In this document: piece by piece, positions 36,903 to 37,142 of the stretch
How positions within the stretch are numbered: the stretch's first letter is position 1
How the letters are laid out: every line of letters starts with the position of its first letter
Sequence record: SRR22947727_1523
DNA length: 37,142 bases
Reading direction: 5' to 3' (one strand)
Position numbers and translations under genes: made by a program
Notes under the pieces: generated by a model
The model's input: the letters and a program-made list of their open reading frames with translations, nothing else
Database searches by the model: none
What the model was told of the DNA's origin: nothing

Positions 36903-37142
36903 TGTCCTTGGTTCGCAGCCTCATATTAATTGTTCTCTTTGCAACGAATAGCGCGGCGCAAACCTCGCCGCTTGAGCAGTTGCTACAACAGCAATCGCAG
37001 GGGCTGCCATTTAGCACCGATATGCAAAGCCTAGAGGATATGTTTTCGGGGCAGGGTTATGACATTAACCCAGAAAATGCTGCGCGCACGGCCAAACAGC
37101 CGGTAATCCCGAATGAGCAAAATGTTAAACTGCTGGACAGGC
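36899..37142 (+). CDS. Secreted protein, N-terminal fragment (possibly Wza/KpsD-like polysaccharide export protein)
   Basis: ATGA overlap with the wzz stop; reads MMSLVRSLILIVLFATNSAAQTSPLEQLLQQQSQG... open to the window end, with a signal peptide. Function inferred only from context. Confidence 0.6.
   Translation, partial: MMSLVRSLILIVLFATNSAAQTSPLEQLLQQQSQGLPFSTDMQSLEDMFSGQGYDINPENAARTAKQPVIPNEQNVKLLDR

Noticed and set aside
1-37142. CRISPR arrays, tRNA/rRNA, transposases, integrases, prophage or defence genes
   Set aside because: None seen; the window is nearly fully covered by recognisable CDS and all intergenic gaps are under 200 bp

Overview
Fragment of an alphaproteobacterial genome, probably a marine Rhodobacteraceae/roseobacter (inferred from gene content), in three blocks. 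(1) 1-13454, + strand: a flagellar cluster of the RpoN/FliA-controlled type known from Rhodobacter sphaeroides Fla1. It holds the flgE 3' end, flgF, flgGHI, a single-domain flgJ, a giant flgK (1526 aa), an enlarged flgL, an SltF-like lytic transglycosylase, an extra short FlgE-like paralog, a degenerate FlhG/FleN-like protein and fliA. Three sigma54 -24/-12 sites are visible. (2) 13548-35766: a 22-kb sugar-acid catabolic region with a TRAP transporter, GntR regulator, KdgK, UxaA- and IlvD/Edd-family dehydratases, two enolase-superfamily cycloisomerase-like enzymes, two PhyH-family Fe(II)/2-oxoglutarate dioxygenases, several dehydrogenases, an FAH hydrolase and an IdnO/IdnD pair. One cycloisomerase closely resembles the agar-pathway 3,6-anhydro-L-galactonate cycloisomerase. 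(3) 35961-end: the start of a surface-polysaccharide locus (Wzz plus a secreted, probably export, protein). The best candidates for new biology are a possible new route for red-algal anhydro-/L-galactonate scavenging with dioxygenase tailoring steps, the P-loop-dead FlhG-like protein, and the mini-FlgE paralog with its own sigma54 promoter. All family assignments come from motif recognition, not database searches.
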